Part shown: positions 1 to 9,819 of the stretch, one piece after another
How positions within the stretch are numbered: position 1 is the first letter of the stretch
Layout: every line of letters begins with the position of its first letter
Assembly: GCA_963713605.1 (NCBI GenBank)
Contig: CAVQMO010000010.1
Span: 704,001-768,000 of the forward strand
Direction: 5' to 3'
Length of the DNA: 64,000 nucleotides
Source of the DNA: an uncultured Nitrososphaerales archaeon
GTDB lineage: Archaea > Thermoproteota > Nitrososphaeria > Nitrososphaerales > Nitrososphaeraceae
Translations under genes and position numbers: made by a program
The notes under the pieces: generated by a model
What the model saw: the letters and a program-made list of their open reading frames with translations, nothing else
The model's database searches: none
What the model was told of the DNA's origin: nothing

Positions 1-1102
1 TGGTGTGAGTAATCTATATCTTTCTTTTGACGGAGTGACACCTAGGACTAATCCAAAGAATCACTGGGAGGTGCCGTATACTCTAGAATCTGCAAGAAAG
101 TGTGGAATGACTGTTGTCTTTGTTCCAACTGTAATAAATTCAATAAATGACCATGAACTCGGAGGCATTATTAGGTATGCTCAAAAGAACATGGATGTGG
201 TTCATGCCGTTAATTTCCAGCCAGTTTCATTAACTGGTCGAATGTCGAAGAAAGAACGAGAGAAATATAGAATAACTATTCCAGATTGCATCGAGAGGAT
301 AGAAGAGCAGACTAATGGTGAAATCCCTTCAGATGGTTGGTTCCCGGTTCCATCATGCATGCCCATGACAAATGTCATTGAGGCATTTTCAAAGAAGCCG
401 AAATACGAATTGTCCATACACTTTGCATGCGGAGCAGGAACTTATGTCTTTGAAGACAGTGAAACCAAGAACCTAGTGCCTCTCACTTCTTTCGTTGACA
501 TTAAAGGTCTGCTAGAGTACTTTGAAGAGAAGGTTGACGAAATCAAGTCTGGCTCTAATAGGTATTGGAAAATGCTCGAAGTTTTAAGGAAGATAGGTCA
601 ATTTGTTGACAAGAGCAAACAACCGAGAGGATTGGACTTGGCCAAGATGTTCTCCAGTATATTACTGAAACGGAACTTTGACTCGGTAGGTTCGTGGCAT
701 GGCAGGTCTCTTTTCCTTGGAATGATGCATTTTCAGGATAAATACAATGAAGACTTGGAACGTCTGCAGAGATGTGACATACACTATCTGACACCGGATC
801 TTAGGATAATACCTTTCTGTGCATTTAACGTAATACCTGAATGGTACAGGGACAGAATACAGAAGAAATACAGCATTCCGGTTGAAGATTGGGAAAAGGA
901 ACACGGACAGACCCTCGAAGCCGGTCTTTACCGAGGAACAATGAGAAGAGGAAAATCACAAGCACAGATGGGTTGCGCAATGTCAGAGATGCATAAGGCC
1001 GGCAGCAGAGCTTTCAGCCGACGACGACCACAAGGGAGTAGAACTAAGAACGGGAATGGCTGGAGCCTAGCTCTTCGATACCCTCTTTATTGTCAAATTT
1101 AG
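1..1102 (+). CDS. tes: Radical SAM tetraether lipid synthase (Tes/GDGT-MAS family), 5'-truncated by the window edge
   Basis: VNFQPVSLTGR, HFACGAGTY, MHFQDKYNxDLERLQRCDIHYxTPDxRIIPFCAFN motifs typical of the MJ0619 family. The natural C-terminus probably ends at about 1070 after an indel near 1000. Confidence 0.8.
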   Translation, partial: GVSNLYLSFDGVTPRTNPKNHWEVPYTLESARKCGMTVVFVPTVINSINDHELGGIIRYAQKNMDVVHAVNFQPVSLTGRMSKKEREKYRITIPDCIERIEEQTNGEIPSDGWFPVPSCMPMTNVIEAFSKKPKYELSIHFACGAGTYVFEDSETKNLVPLTSFVDIKGLLEYFEEKVDEIKSGSNRYWKMLEVLRKIGQFVDKSKQPRGLDLAKMFSSILLKRNFDSVGSWHGRSLFLGMMHFQDKYNEDLERLQRCDIHYLTPDLRIIPFCAFNVIPEWYRDRIQKKYSIPVEDWEKEHGQTLEAGLYRGTMRRGKSQAQMGCAMSEMHKAGSRAFSRRRPQGSRTKNGNGWSLALRYPLYCQI

Positions 1103-1422
1103 TCATCATGTCATTATTTTATGAAGGTTAGTTTCGCCGAGACGTAGATCATTTCTAATAATGAATTCGCCTCAAAATTAAAGCAGTAAAGAGAATCTTC
1201 TCTATGATGTGATTCTTCAATACTAGATGACATTTAAATTATGTATAGTGCAATTATTCGTTGACAAACGATGACAAGGAAAACCTTCCGATATCAAATG
1301 TGACGAGGATCTTGAGTTTGGAGTTTGTCATTGCTTAAATTACTAAATATGTTGGATCCAAATCAATTCATATAACCTGTTCATAAACTTGATAAAGAGC
1401 TGAACCCATCTTATAATATGAA

Positions 1423-1947
1423 TTGGTTGTTATAGAAACTACTTCTTCTCTTGAGAGTTTTCGAAAGTTTATAATTGTTAGTACGTGTAGATCGTTTATT
1501 CCGGAAAGCTACCTCAAGGACTTTGAGGTATTTCCAGAAAGAGAAGAGGGTCCTGGAGCAATCTATATCGAAGCAGCAGATAAGGTAACATTGAAAAGAA
1601 TTAGAGAAATGACATTCGTGAATGCTAAAGAAATTCTGGGTATTATCTACTCATCAAAGAGTGGGAATACCAGACTGAAATGGAGACAAACAAGAAAGAA
1701 AATAGGTAAGGTGCAAGGAGATGCCTCGTCGAATGCGCTTGTAAATATGGTTGAGTCAGGAGTGTTAACCCAAGAGTGGGTAGACAACTACCTAAGGGCT
1801 TCTCATTCACGGAAAACCTCGCAAGATATTGATCAGACTTTGCAAACAGCTGACTGCAGATCCGACCACTCCTCATTCAACATCGTCAACTTCTCAAAGC
1901 CAGCCTCCCTCACCTTCATCTTCAACTCAATCTCCTACTTCCAATAG
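1423..1947 (+). CDS. Conserved hypothetical protein
   Basis: 174-aa ORF with TTG start, AT-rich TATA-like element upstream and globular composition. Confidence 0.7.
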   Translation: MVVIETTSSLESFRKFIIVSTCRSFIPESYLKDFEVFPEREEGPGAIYIEAADKVTLKRIREMTFVNAKEILGIIYSSKSGNTRLKWRQTRKKIGKVQGDASSNALVNMVESGVLTQEWVDNYLRASHSRKTSQDIDQTLQTADCRSDHSSFNIVNFSKPASLTFIFNSISYFQ

Positions 1948-2005
1948 TCAGTAAGTAGCTTACGATAGTACAATATCAACCCTCTTTGGTTGCGGAGACT
2001 GGCGT

Positions 2006-3097
2006 ATGATCGTCAAGGAAGTAAAGGGATCAGCAGGAAAGGCGTATTTTCTAGTTCCTCAAGACGCAGATGACCTATTCAGTATAAGAAGAATACTGTC
2101 ACGTGACGACCTAGTTGTAGCAAGTACCACTCGAATGATTAAACAAGAGAAAGAATATTCTCGCCCAGATAGAGGAGAGCGAATTAGTGTCAAAGTGTGG
2201 CTCCGCGTTGATAGTTTGGGATTCGACAAAATGGTTGACAGACTACGAATTAAGGGAATAATTTCCAATGCAAGCAGTGAACTCGTACCTAAAGGTTCTC
2301 ATCATTCACTAACTATTGGAATAGGGGACAACATTACCATTGAAAAGAAAAGGGACTGGCTACCGTACGAGAAAAATATTGTCCATAGGTTCTCCGATAC
2401 CTCACTCTATCTTCTTGTGGGTGTGGATCTTCAAGAATGCGCAGTAGCGAAATTGAGCGGAACACATCTGGGAATAGTCCCAAATATTTACTCCGGCCAA
2501 AGCGGAAAAAGATACCGCGTTCAGACCTCTAAGACTGCTGAACCCGAACAGTTCTTCGATGAAATATTTAAACTCATAAAATCACAGTTAAGCGTGGAAG
2601 ATGTTGATACAACTGATAAAGTGATCATTTTTGGGCCAGGGGAAACGAAAAAACGATTATATAACTTTCTTATACGAAAGGACAAGAACCTGGCAAATTT
2701 GGCCTCTGTTATCGAAGGAATAGATGTGGCAGGCGAAGACGGGATATTGTTATTCGTTCGTTCACCTAGGATGAAGGAAGTCATGGAAAACAGCAAGATC
2801 TCGACGGTCTTGTCATTGTTAGACGATATTATGATATTCGTAAGTAAGGGGGTGAATCGATTCGCCATGGGCTTCTCTGAGGTAGCAAAAGCTGCTTCTA
2901 TGCGTGCTGTAGAGTCAGTGATTTTCTCCAGCTCGATATTTGGAACTGTGGAGGAAAACGAGTTGGTTAAATTGCTAAATACGATAGAAAGTCAAGGTGC
3001 TTCAGCATTTGCTATAGACTCTTCCACGGACATTGGAATGAGAGTCTCGTCACTTGGAGGAATTGTTTCAGTTCTGCGATATCAAATTAGTACATGA
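2006..3097 (+). CDS. pelA: Pelota (mRNA surveillance/ribosome rescue, eRF1 family)
   Basis: PxDADDLF N-terminus, RLRIKG, HHSL, IIFGPG and C-terminal LGGIVSVLRY. Confidence 0.92.
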   Translation: MIVKEVKGSAGKAYFLVPQDADDLFSIRRILSRDDLVVASTTRMIKQEKEYSRPDRGERISVKVWLRVDSLGFDKMVDRLRIKGIISNASSELVPKGSHHSLTIGIGDNITIEKKRDWLPYEKNIVHRFSDTSLYLLVGVDLQECAVAKLSGTHLGIVPNIYSGQSGKRYRVQTSKTAEPEQFFDEIFKLIKSQLSVEDVDTTDKVIIFGPGETKKRLYNFLIRKDKNLANLASVIEGIDVAGEDGILLFVRSPRMKEVMENSKISTVLSLLDDIMIFVSKGVNRFAMGFSEVAKAASMRAVESVIFSSSIFGTVEENELVKLLNTIESQGASAFAIDSSTDIGMRVSSLGGIVSVLRYQIST

Positions 3098-3193
3098 GAA
3101 CAGTATGAAACAGGGGGCATTTTGATTGACTCATTCTGATTAGGCTTAAGTGGCAACTATAGCGATAGAAATCCCTCAATCTTCTCTCAATAC

Positions 3194-3574
3194 TCATTGC
3201 GTTAATTGTTCTTTTCGTTTATCGCCCACAACGCTAATTGATGTAGACCCAATTAGCCACTTCAGATAAGGCTTGGATGCTTTATCTATATTTATTTCGA
3301 GGATTTCAGGAATGTCATACGGGTGCTGTTTTTCTAGTTTATTCATTAGCTCATTGGCTTTTTTTTTGGTTGTTTTGAACAACGCAATGAACTCTTCCTC
3401 CTCGTTTAGCTTATTCTCCCACCAATACAACGATCGCACCTTTGTGTAACTTACGCAGGCACATAATTTTGCATTCACTATCATTTCATGTGCAATTTCG
3501 CGTAAAGATTTTTCATTTGCAAATGTCGAAATAATAATTCTAGCTCCTGTGGTCAAATTCTTGTTGCGAACCAT
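3194..3574 (-). CDS. cutA: Divalent-cation tolerance protein CutA
   Basis: LCACV, SLYWWE, FKTT and HPYDIPEI motifs. Confidence 0.92.
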   Translation of the reverse strand: MVRNKNLTTGARIIISTFANEKSLREIAHEMIVNAKLCACVSYTKVRSLYWWENKLNEEEEFIALFKTTKKKANELMNKLEKQHPYDIPEILEINIDKASKPYLKWLIGSTSISVVGDKRKEQLTQ

Positions 3575-3778
3575 AACGATGCTTCTGAAAATAACGTAAT
3601 GTTATCTTATATAGGCTACTTTTTATTGATTTAAGTTATGAGATTTGTCAATATTAATAATTACCAGTCCATTCTGAATAGGTTAGCTAACTAAAGACTA
3701 ATCTTTTAGTCACTAATACCATGACTTCTTGCCTTAAGTATTAGATTCGAATCATGAATCTGTAGTCTATTCCCGAAA

Positions 3779-4300
3779 TTGAACCAAGGAAAGAAGAAGA
3801 TAAAGATTGAAATGGAAGACGAAGAAGGTGGCAAATATAACCTCTCTTTAGAAGGTAGTATTTCAAAAACAAAGATTCTAAAACTATATGAATTCATGAA
3901 TATGCTAGATGGGAAGACAAGGAATTACGAGGGAAGTAGTCGTGGAGAAGGTGATTACTATTCCGGTTCAAATGGCAGGTTGGATGAAAATCGGCCTGTT
4001 TCGGTAGGTGACAAGATCTGGAGCGTCGTTGCAAACAAGTTTAGTTCAAACGCTTTCACTTCATCGGATATTCAAGAAATGTTCGAAGCAGAGTATGTTG
4101 AGCCAATACAGTTGAGCATTATTTCCACGTATCTCTCGAGATATTCAGAGAAAGGAAAACTCACAAGGATAAAGAAAGGAAAAGAATGGGTGTATAGGCT
4201 GGGTAATAGGCTACCAAGTAATACTTTGTTTCGACGAGAGCAACCATTTGATGCAAGTGATTTGAACCACAATATTGCCAAATCTGCAGAAGTAAATTAG
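3779..4300 (+). CDS. Winged-helix DNA-binding protein, conserved hypothetical
   Basis: C-terminal FTSSDIQE...LSIISTYLSRY...GKLTRIKKGKEWVYRL is a wHTH pattern. Confidence 0.7.
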   Translation: MNQGKKKIKIEMEDEEGGKYNLSLEGSISKTKILKLYEFMNMLDGKTRNYEGSSRGEGDYYSGSNGRLDENRPVSVGDKIWSVVANKFSSNAFTSSDIQEMFEAEYVEPIQLSIISTYLSRYSEKGKLTRIKKGKEWVYRLGNRLPSNTLFRREQPFDASDLNHNIAKSAEVN

Positions 4301-4547
4301 TTAGCTATCGAAGGGTAGCATGGAACAGGAATTGGCCCTAAGTTGAATGTCGATTACAATAAGTTATGTAGCTAACCAGCCTTTTATTCCACTTCCACTT
4401 TTCACACAAGTGGAATTCACGCATCTAAATTTTGTCAAAATCTCCACACAGCGACATTCTTTTCGCTATTTCGTAATTTAGCTAGTTCGTTTCAATTGTT
4501 TACAACTGAATCATAACCAATTGCGGATAGACTTCAATTTGCACCAA

Positions 4548-4603
4548 CAACATACAACTATACAATATACAATATACAATATACAATATACAACATACAA
4601 CAT
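4548..4603. repeat. Heptamer tandem repeat (CAAYATA) x about 8
   Basis: caacata caactata caatata caatata caatata caatata caacata caacat read directly. Confidence 0.9.
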
Positions 4604-4838
4604 GGAAAAATTCACCTTCTCCCCACACGTCGTTCTCAATATCTACGACGATACATAACTCCCTCCTTTGCAGGAGGGGGGATATGTGTATCAAATAATG
4701 TAAAAAGTGGAGGCCTATTTGAAAATTAGCTTCAGATAACATTAGCATGACATGATCCGAGAACGACTCGTGACATGTTCATTGCAATATTCACCCCCCC
4801 ATATACTTTTTATTCACATTAGTTATCTGAGAATCATA

Positions 4839-5300
4839 ATGTCCGATTCCAGCCAACTTCTTGTTAGAAGAATCAAAGAGGGGACGGTCATCGATCATAT
4901 CGAATCCGGAAAAGCATTAACTGTCCTGCGAATATTGAATATCATGGGTACAGAAGGCAACGTAATTACAGTTGCATTAAATGTGCCAAGCAGTAAGCAC
5001 GCTAAAAAAGACATCATTAAAGTTGAAGATAGGTTTCTAAAAAAGGACGAAACTGACAAACTCGCACTTATTGCTCCAACTGCCACAATTAATATCATAA
5101 GCGATTACAAAGTGGTGGAAAAGAGAAGAATACAACTTCCTGACGCAATCATTGGAATATTTCGGTGTCCGAATCTTAAATGCGTAACCAATAGCGATGA
5201 CTACATTAGGCCGTCGATTGACATTATAGATAAACAGAATATTGTCCTAAAATGCAGATATTGCGCTCGAGTGGTTGGTATCAATGAACTCTTATCTTGA
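4839..5300 (+). CDS. pyrI: Aspartate carbamoyltransferase regulatory subunit
   Basis: IKEGTVIDHI, KKDIIK, APTATINII and CPNxxCVTN...CRYC zinc site; start placed at MSDSS. Confidence 0.95.
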   Translation: MSDSSQLLVRRIKEGTVIDHIESGKALTVLRILNIMGTEGNVITVALNVPSSKHAKKDIIKVEDRFLKKDETDKLALIAPTATINIISDYKVVEKRRIQLPDAIIGIFRCPNLKCVTNSDDYIRPSIDIIDKQNIVLKCRYCARVVGINELLS

Positions 5301-5543
5301 GTTTCGCGGGTTATTCGTATGATGGGTTGTCAGGGATTCAGCCCCAGTTACATTACCCTAATATCAAAAAGCTTTACAAAAATAGGCAACCAGTATGCAT
5401 GACTTGGGTCATGTATTCAAAGGCAAATTATCTGCGATTGAAAATATCAAGAACGATACTCGGTTAAGGATAAATAAATGAAAGGAAAAAAGATGATCGG
5501 AAATAATAAAAAGTTCTGCTCAGTTATAAGAGCGTTTTTCCCG

Positions 5544-5804
5544 CTATTTATTCATCCTTAGGACATCTACTTGTCCACTGTGTAGCCAGTCCTTTAGCTC
5601 TTCGTGACTTGGCTTTGCGTCGTGTTTTCCTGCCAGATGGAGGTGCAGTAGTACATAATTAACCTGATTTAACAATGGTTTGTTATTTTCATCCCCTTTT
5701 CTAGTCTTTGTCTTCAAATCGGCCGGAACAGTGGCCCACCATTCCTCATAGGTCCTCTTTGCTCCACTCTTAGGTTGTTGACCAAATCCTTTTGGTAATG
5801 TCAT
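5544..5804 (-). CDS. Small soluble hypothetical protein beginning MTLPKGFG (motif shared with AmoX)
   Basis: 86-aa ORF with ATG start, TATA-like CTTAAAAAG about 30 nt upstream and T-rich tract downstream. Confidence 0.8.
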   Translation of the reverse strand: MTLPKGFGQQPKSGAKRTYEEWWATVPADLKTKTRKGDENNKPLLNQVNYVLLHLHLAGKHDAKPSHEELKDWLHSGQVDVLRMNK

Positions 5805-5996
5805 ATTGTGAATAATAATAAATCCTGGCTTTTTAAGCGTTTATGTCTGAACAGTAACTATGAATGGTATGAAATCACCCTTATTGGATTCAAAATCTGA
5901 TCACACCTCCACGCCAGGTAAGCTGCAATTGTCCTTCTACCCTAAAACGCTCGTGATACTTTTGGACCTCTCGGAAAAAAAATTATTCCAAACAAT

Positions 5997-6224
5997 CTAA
6001 TCCGACGTAACGAATTTTTTTGAGATCCGGTAACTTACTCCCATTCCAATAAAGAGAGTCAATAAACCAAGTGACGCTGTAATTAGTAAGTCTGCCTTAA
6101 CATAATAGTGCATCAAAAAAGTCACGAGTATTGCTGGGACTGCCATAATTAGTGCAATTAGGCTGCTTACTCCGAACAATCTTGTCTTGCTTAATGGAGT
6201 AGATTCATCATTCCCCCCTTTCAT
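5997..6224 (-). CDS. Small two-TM membrane protein
   Basis: Two hydrophobic segments followed by a basic tail; similar to 6474-6731. Confidence 0.7.
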   Translation of the reverse strand: MKGGNDESTPLSKTRLFGVSSLIALIMAVPAILVTFLMHYYVKADLLITASLGLLTLFIGMGVSYRISKKFVTSD

Positions 6225-6473
6225 TATCTACAAATTCCTTCCTGCCCTTACCTGAGGATGAACATGTATTTGTTCATATCCATTAGTAGCCTGGATGTGT
6301 AAAGTCGAATACTACAATCTTTCTGATTGAAAAAAAAGGCTTTTGCTGCTAAATTGTCCTCACGCATATACCATCCATATTATTTTCTTAAACAAACTGA
6401 TGATGAAGCTGAAATAATTCTACGACCAATATTTATATTTCTTGGTTAAGTGAGAAATTATGATAAAAATTAT

Positions 6474-6731
6474 ATGCATTCCCCGCCCTCGAGGATTGTC
6501 TTTTCCTATAAGAATAGCAAGGTTATCTCCCCCGACGATTTAATAAAGTCGTTTTGGCTAAGCACGGCGATGGCCTTAGTTCTAGTTCTACCACCGCTAG
6601 CAATTTTTGTCGGGATAAACCACAACACGGAGGATATCCTCACTGCCTCACTCATAGGATTTGGAGTCCACTTTGTGATCCTAGCTTTCTCTGTTAGAAT
6701 TTGCTCACAGTTAGAGAGACTATTCAAGTAA
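6474..6731 (+). CDS. Small two-TM membrane protein
   Basis: Two hydrophobic segments; resembles 5997-6224; start uncertain. Confidence 0.65.
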   Translation: MHSPPSRIVFSYKNSKVISPDDLIKSFWLSTAMALVLVLPPLAIFVGINHNTEDILTASLIGFGVHFVILAFSVRICSQLERLFK

Positions 6732-6879
6732 TGAGTACCTTAGAGGGTCATCCTACCTTACACCTGTCGAAGTTGAAGGGACCTTTAGTCTCAGTCTCAT
6801 TTTCCGTACTCATGAAGGGCTAGCTAAATGTTAAAATGCTAGTCACGGTACCAGTATTCACGGAGACTCTTGAGGTAAA

Positions 6880-7934
6880 ATGAGTTCTACTGTGAGTATG
6901 CCAAGTAAGATCTTTGGCACAGTGCTATCCCATGGATTAAGAGGACGCATGTTGTCTAAGAATGAGCTTCATACACTAGCCGAATCAAGGGATATAGATG
7001 AACTCGTTACAAGAATGAAGAACACCGTATATCTTGATGCACTAGCTAAGTTACCGAAGCCTTATACAGCAGAGAAAGCGGAGAGCGCACTTCGCGAGTA
7101 CCTCGTCAATGTCCATGCCAAGTTGGTAAATATCTCGGGGGGCTCAGGGATACTGTACACGTGTACTTTACAAAGTATATCACTTGGAATCTTAAATTGA
7201 TTTTAAAAGGAAAGGCCTTGGGCAAGTCATACGAGGAGCTCTTACCAAAAATTAATCTCCGAGCGGAAGAGTTAGTAGGGAGGCGAGATTTGATAGTAAA
7301 AGCATTAGTTGCCCAAGACTTTGACGAAGCAGTCTCTGTCCTGTCAGGTAGTGAATTCTTTGAACAGGCATCCAAAGCAGCTGCAGCTTATAAGGAGAAA
7401 AGGGACCTGAGGCTATTTGATATCTACCTAGACCATGTCTTCTACAAGACGCTCGATAAAGCCATGAAATCTGAGACACAGGATCCAGACATAAAGAGGG
7501 TGGTCTCAGTTGATATAGATTCGTATAACGTTTTAGCGGTGCTTAGAGGTAAGTATTGGAATTTGAGCCCTGCAGACATAAATGATTTAATTGTGACTAC
7601 TACTCCAAAGGTCACCAGAGAGACCCTACAAAAGCTCATGAACGCCGAAAAGATATCAGAGGCAGCTTCAGAGTTAGGGGATACAGTTTATAGGGAAATC
7701 ATTCCTCAGAACGTATCCGACGACATAGATATCATTATGCAATTAGAGGCAGGCTTTGAAGGGATAGGTTTGAAACGTGTTTTTAGTGCCTTTAGATCGG
7801 TTTTCAGCGTTGCCATCATGCTTGCAGCATTAAAGCTCATAATGATCGAAATAAGGAATCTTTCAGCGATTATTTCAGGTGTAGAGCAGAAAGTGTCCCA
7901 TGATCTTAATAGTCTCTCGACTTGTGACTCCTGA
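6880..7934 (+). CDS. atpC: A-type ATP synthase subunit C (indel at about 7155, 3' end uncertain)
   Basis: RGRMLSKNELHTL, NLKLILKGK, YLDHVFY, IDSYNV and EIRNLSAI motifs across ORFs 6880-7200 and 7161-7934. Confidence 0.88.
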
Positions 7935-8015
7935 CTGAGTCATCGTGGTCTACCATTAGGAACCCGAAGATTATCACGCTTAATTCGGTCTAATTGCACT
8001 ACTTTAGCCCTTCAC

Positions 8016-8612
8016 TCACTGGCGTAAATGAGTAAATAATGGGACGAGTGAATGAGTAAAGGGAATATTTTTTTCACTCTCTCGATTGAATCCCACCATC
8101 ACTACTCGGCCTAGCAAGGACTTGTGTAGATCTTTTACGATTTCCTGCTCTGTTAGTGGCCCATAAACCTGAAAGAAGTATTTCTCGTTATGAAACGAAA
8201 TATGTTGTATAATAGAGTCGGTGACAATAACTGGGTCTTTATAGAGTTTTTCTGATGCAGATCTTCCCTTCATTTCTACTGTAATCTGTAGCTGTCGTTT
8301 CAAGTATTTACTTCTGGTAAAATTGGAATCTATAGACAAAACATTCATTTTATACTGAGCAATAGCCTTGTCGAAATCGCGGACGGTCTTGCCACATAAT
8401 TGCAAAATCTGTGCTGTTTCTATCTCAGAAGATATCCCTTTCTGCTTCCCGAAAATGTAAAACAACCCGATGATCTCGTCTGCGGAGATATACGGAAATT
8501 CTTTTTCACCTGCCAAAAAAGCTTTAATTCTTTCGGGAAGATCTTCTGGAAAAAGTAGACCCATGTAAGAATTGGCAAATGCGGTCAACGTGTTCATTGA
8601 GTTTATTGGCAA
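8016..8612 (-). CDS. Hypothetical protein
   Basis: 198-aa ORF with protein-like composition; start uncertain. Confidence 0.65.
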   Translation of the reverse strand: MPINSMNTLTAFANSYMGLLFPEDLPERIKAFLAGEKEFPYISADEIIGLFYIFGKQKGISSEIETAQILQLCGKTVRDFDKAIAQYKMNVLSIDSNFTRSKYLKRQLQITVEMKGRSASEKLYKDPVIVTDSIIQHISFHNEKYFFQVYGPLTEQEIVKDLHKSLLGRVVMVGFNRESEKNIPFTHSLVPLFTHLRQ

Positions 8613-8651
8613 ACACGTTTATACATTACCCTACATGATACAACTAGAATC

Positions 8652-8969
8652 ATGTCTGCAACAAGTCCACAGAACGCTACTGTTCATATCATTGTCCATG
8701 GAAGAATGGCCTTATTTGACAAAGTTAAAGATCTCCTGGGAAAGAGAGGATTTGATTTCCAGAAGATGAAGCTGGCAAGCCTGGAGGAAGCGGGCAAAAC
8801 AGGGGAATACGTTGCCATGCTGTGGCCTCCATGGGATCCTAAAGAACTCATCTTAAGTGAGATCACTAATTTGCCCGAACCATCCGATCAAAAGCAACCA
8901 GCGACTACAATGGCAATGGGTGCTTGGTCAACAGTTGGACAGAAAGAGATCTCTAGAATAGAGATTTGA
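8652..8969 (+). CDS. Hypothetical protein
   Basis: 105-aa ORF with ATG start and TTTATA about 30 nt upstream. Confidence 0.7.
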   Translation: MSATSPQNATVHIIVHGRMALFDKVKDLLGKRGFDFQKMKLASLEEAGKTGEYVAMLWPPWDPKELILSEITNLPEPSDQKQPATTMAMGAWSTVGQKEISRIEI

Positions 8970-9015
8970 AGTAGGGTTGAAACTTAGCCCGCAGTCATCC
9001 TCTACCTTGAGAGAG

Positions 9016-9819
9016 TTAGTCAAGCTTGGGTTGAATTGATGCTCTTCTGTAGCCGTGGCTGAAGTCTGGATCATATACCTTCGAAAATTGGTAACTTGTT
9101 GGTTTGACTACGTTACCAACAATAAATAACGCAGTCTTGGTTATGCGTGCTTTTTGAGTTTTGTCAGCAATATCTGCCAAATTCCCTGTAATAATGACCT
9201 CATCATCCCAAGTAGCTTTGTAAACGACTACCGCCGGAGTATTATCCGTATAAGCTCCTCCTTCCAACAACTGTTGGATTATTTGCTTAATCAGGTGAAC
9301 GCTCAGATAAAAGGCCATAGTTGAACCATGTGATGCAAGTTGGGAAATTTTTTCTCTTTCAGGAACAGGAGTTCTGAGCTCTGCTCTAGTAATAATTACG
9401 GTCTGAGTATTCCCAGGTAATGTTAATTCCATGTTCAAAGATGCAGCAGCTCCTAAAAGGGAAGTAACTCCAGGAATCATTTTACAAGTTATTCCATCTG
9501 CTTGTAGCTTGTCAACCTGTTCTTTAGTAGCACCATAAATATTTGGATCTCCATCATGCAATCTCATAACAAGTTGACCTGCCCAAGAAGCGTCTCTCAT
9601 TATTTCATAAATTTTTTCTCTATCTATCAATGAGGCGTCATACAGCATTGCATTCTTTTTCGTACATTCAAGTAATTTTGGATTTAATAAGGAGCCTGAA
9701 TAGACAATCGTATCCGCCATCACCAGCAATTTTTTTGCCTTCACTGTAATAAGATCAGGATCCCCAGGACCTGAGCCGGCGAAGTAAACTACAGGTTGCC
9801 TTGCTTTTGGCTGACTCAT
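9016..9819 (-). CDS. cbiF: Precorrin-4/cobalt-precorrin-4 C11-methyltransferase (CobM/CbiF)
   Basis: GSGPGDPDLITVKA, RLHDGDP, ELTLPG.TQTVIITR and C-terminal SKVYDPDFSHGYR. Confidence 0.92.
   Translation of the reverse strand: MSQPKARQPVVYFAGSGPGDPDLITVKAKKLLVMADTIVYSGSLLNPKLLECTKKNAMLYDASLIDREKIYEIMRDASWAGQLVMRLHDGDPNIYGATKEQVDKLQADGITCKMIPGVTSLLGAAASLNMELTLPGNTQTVIITRAELRTPVPEREKISQLASHGSTMAFYLSVHLIKQIIQQLLEGGAYTDNTPAVVVYKATWDDEVIITGNLADIADKTQKARITKTALFIVGNVVKPTSYQFSKVYDPDFSHGYRRASIQPKLD

Noticed and set aside
4548..4603. Repeat tracts here and at 37539-37582 as CRISPR arrays
   Set aside because: Units are short and contiguous, with no spacers and no cas genes.
4500..4748. 82-aa minus-strand ORF with repeated CILY
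   Set aside because: It is a translation of the heptamer repeat and is not protein-like.
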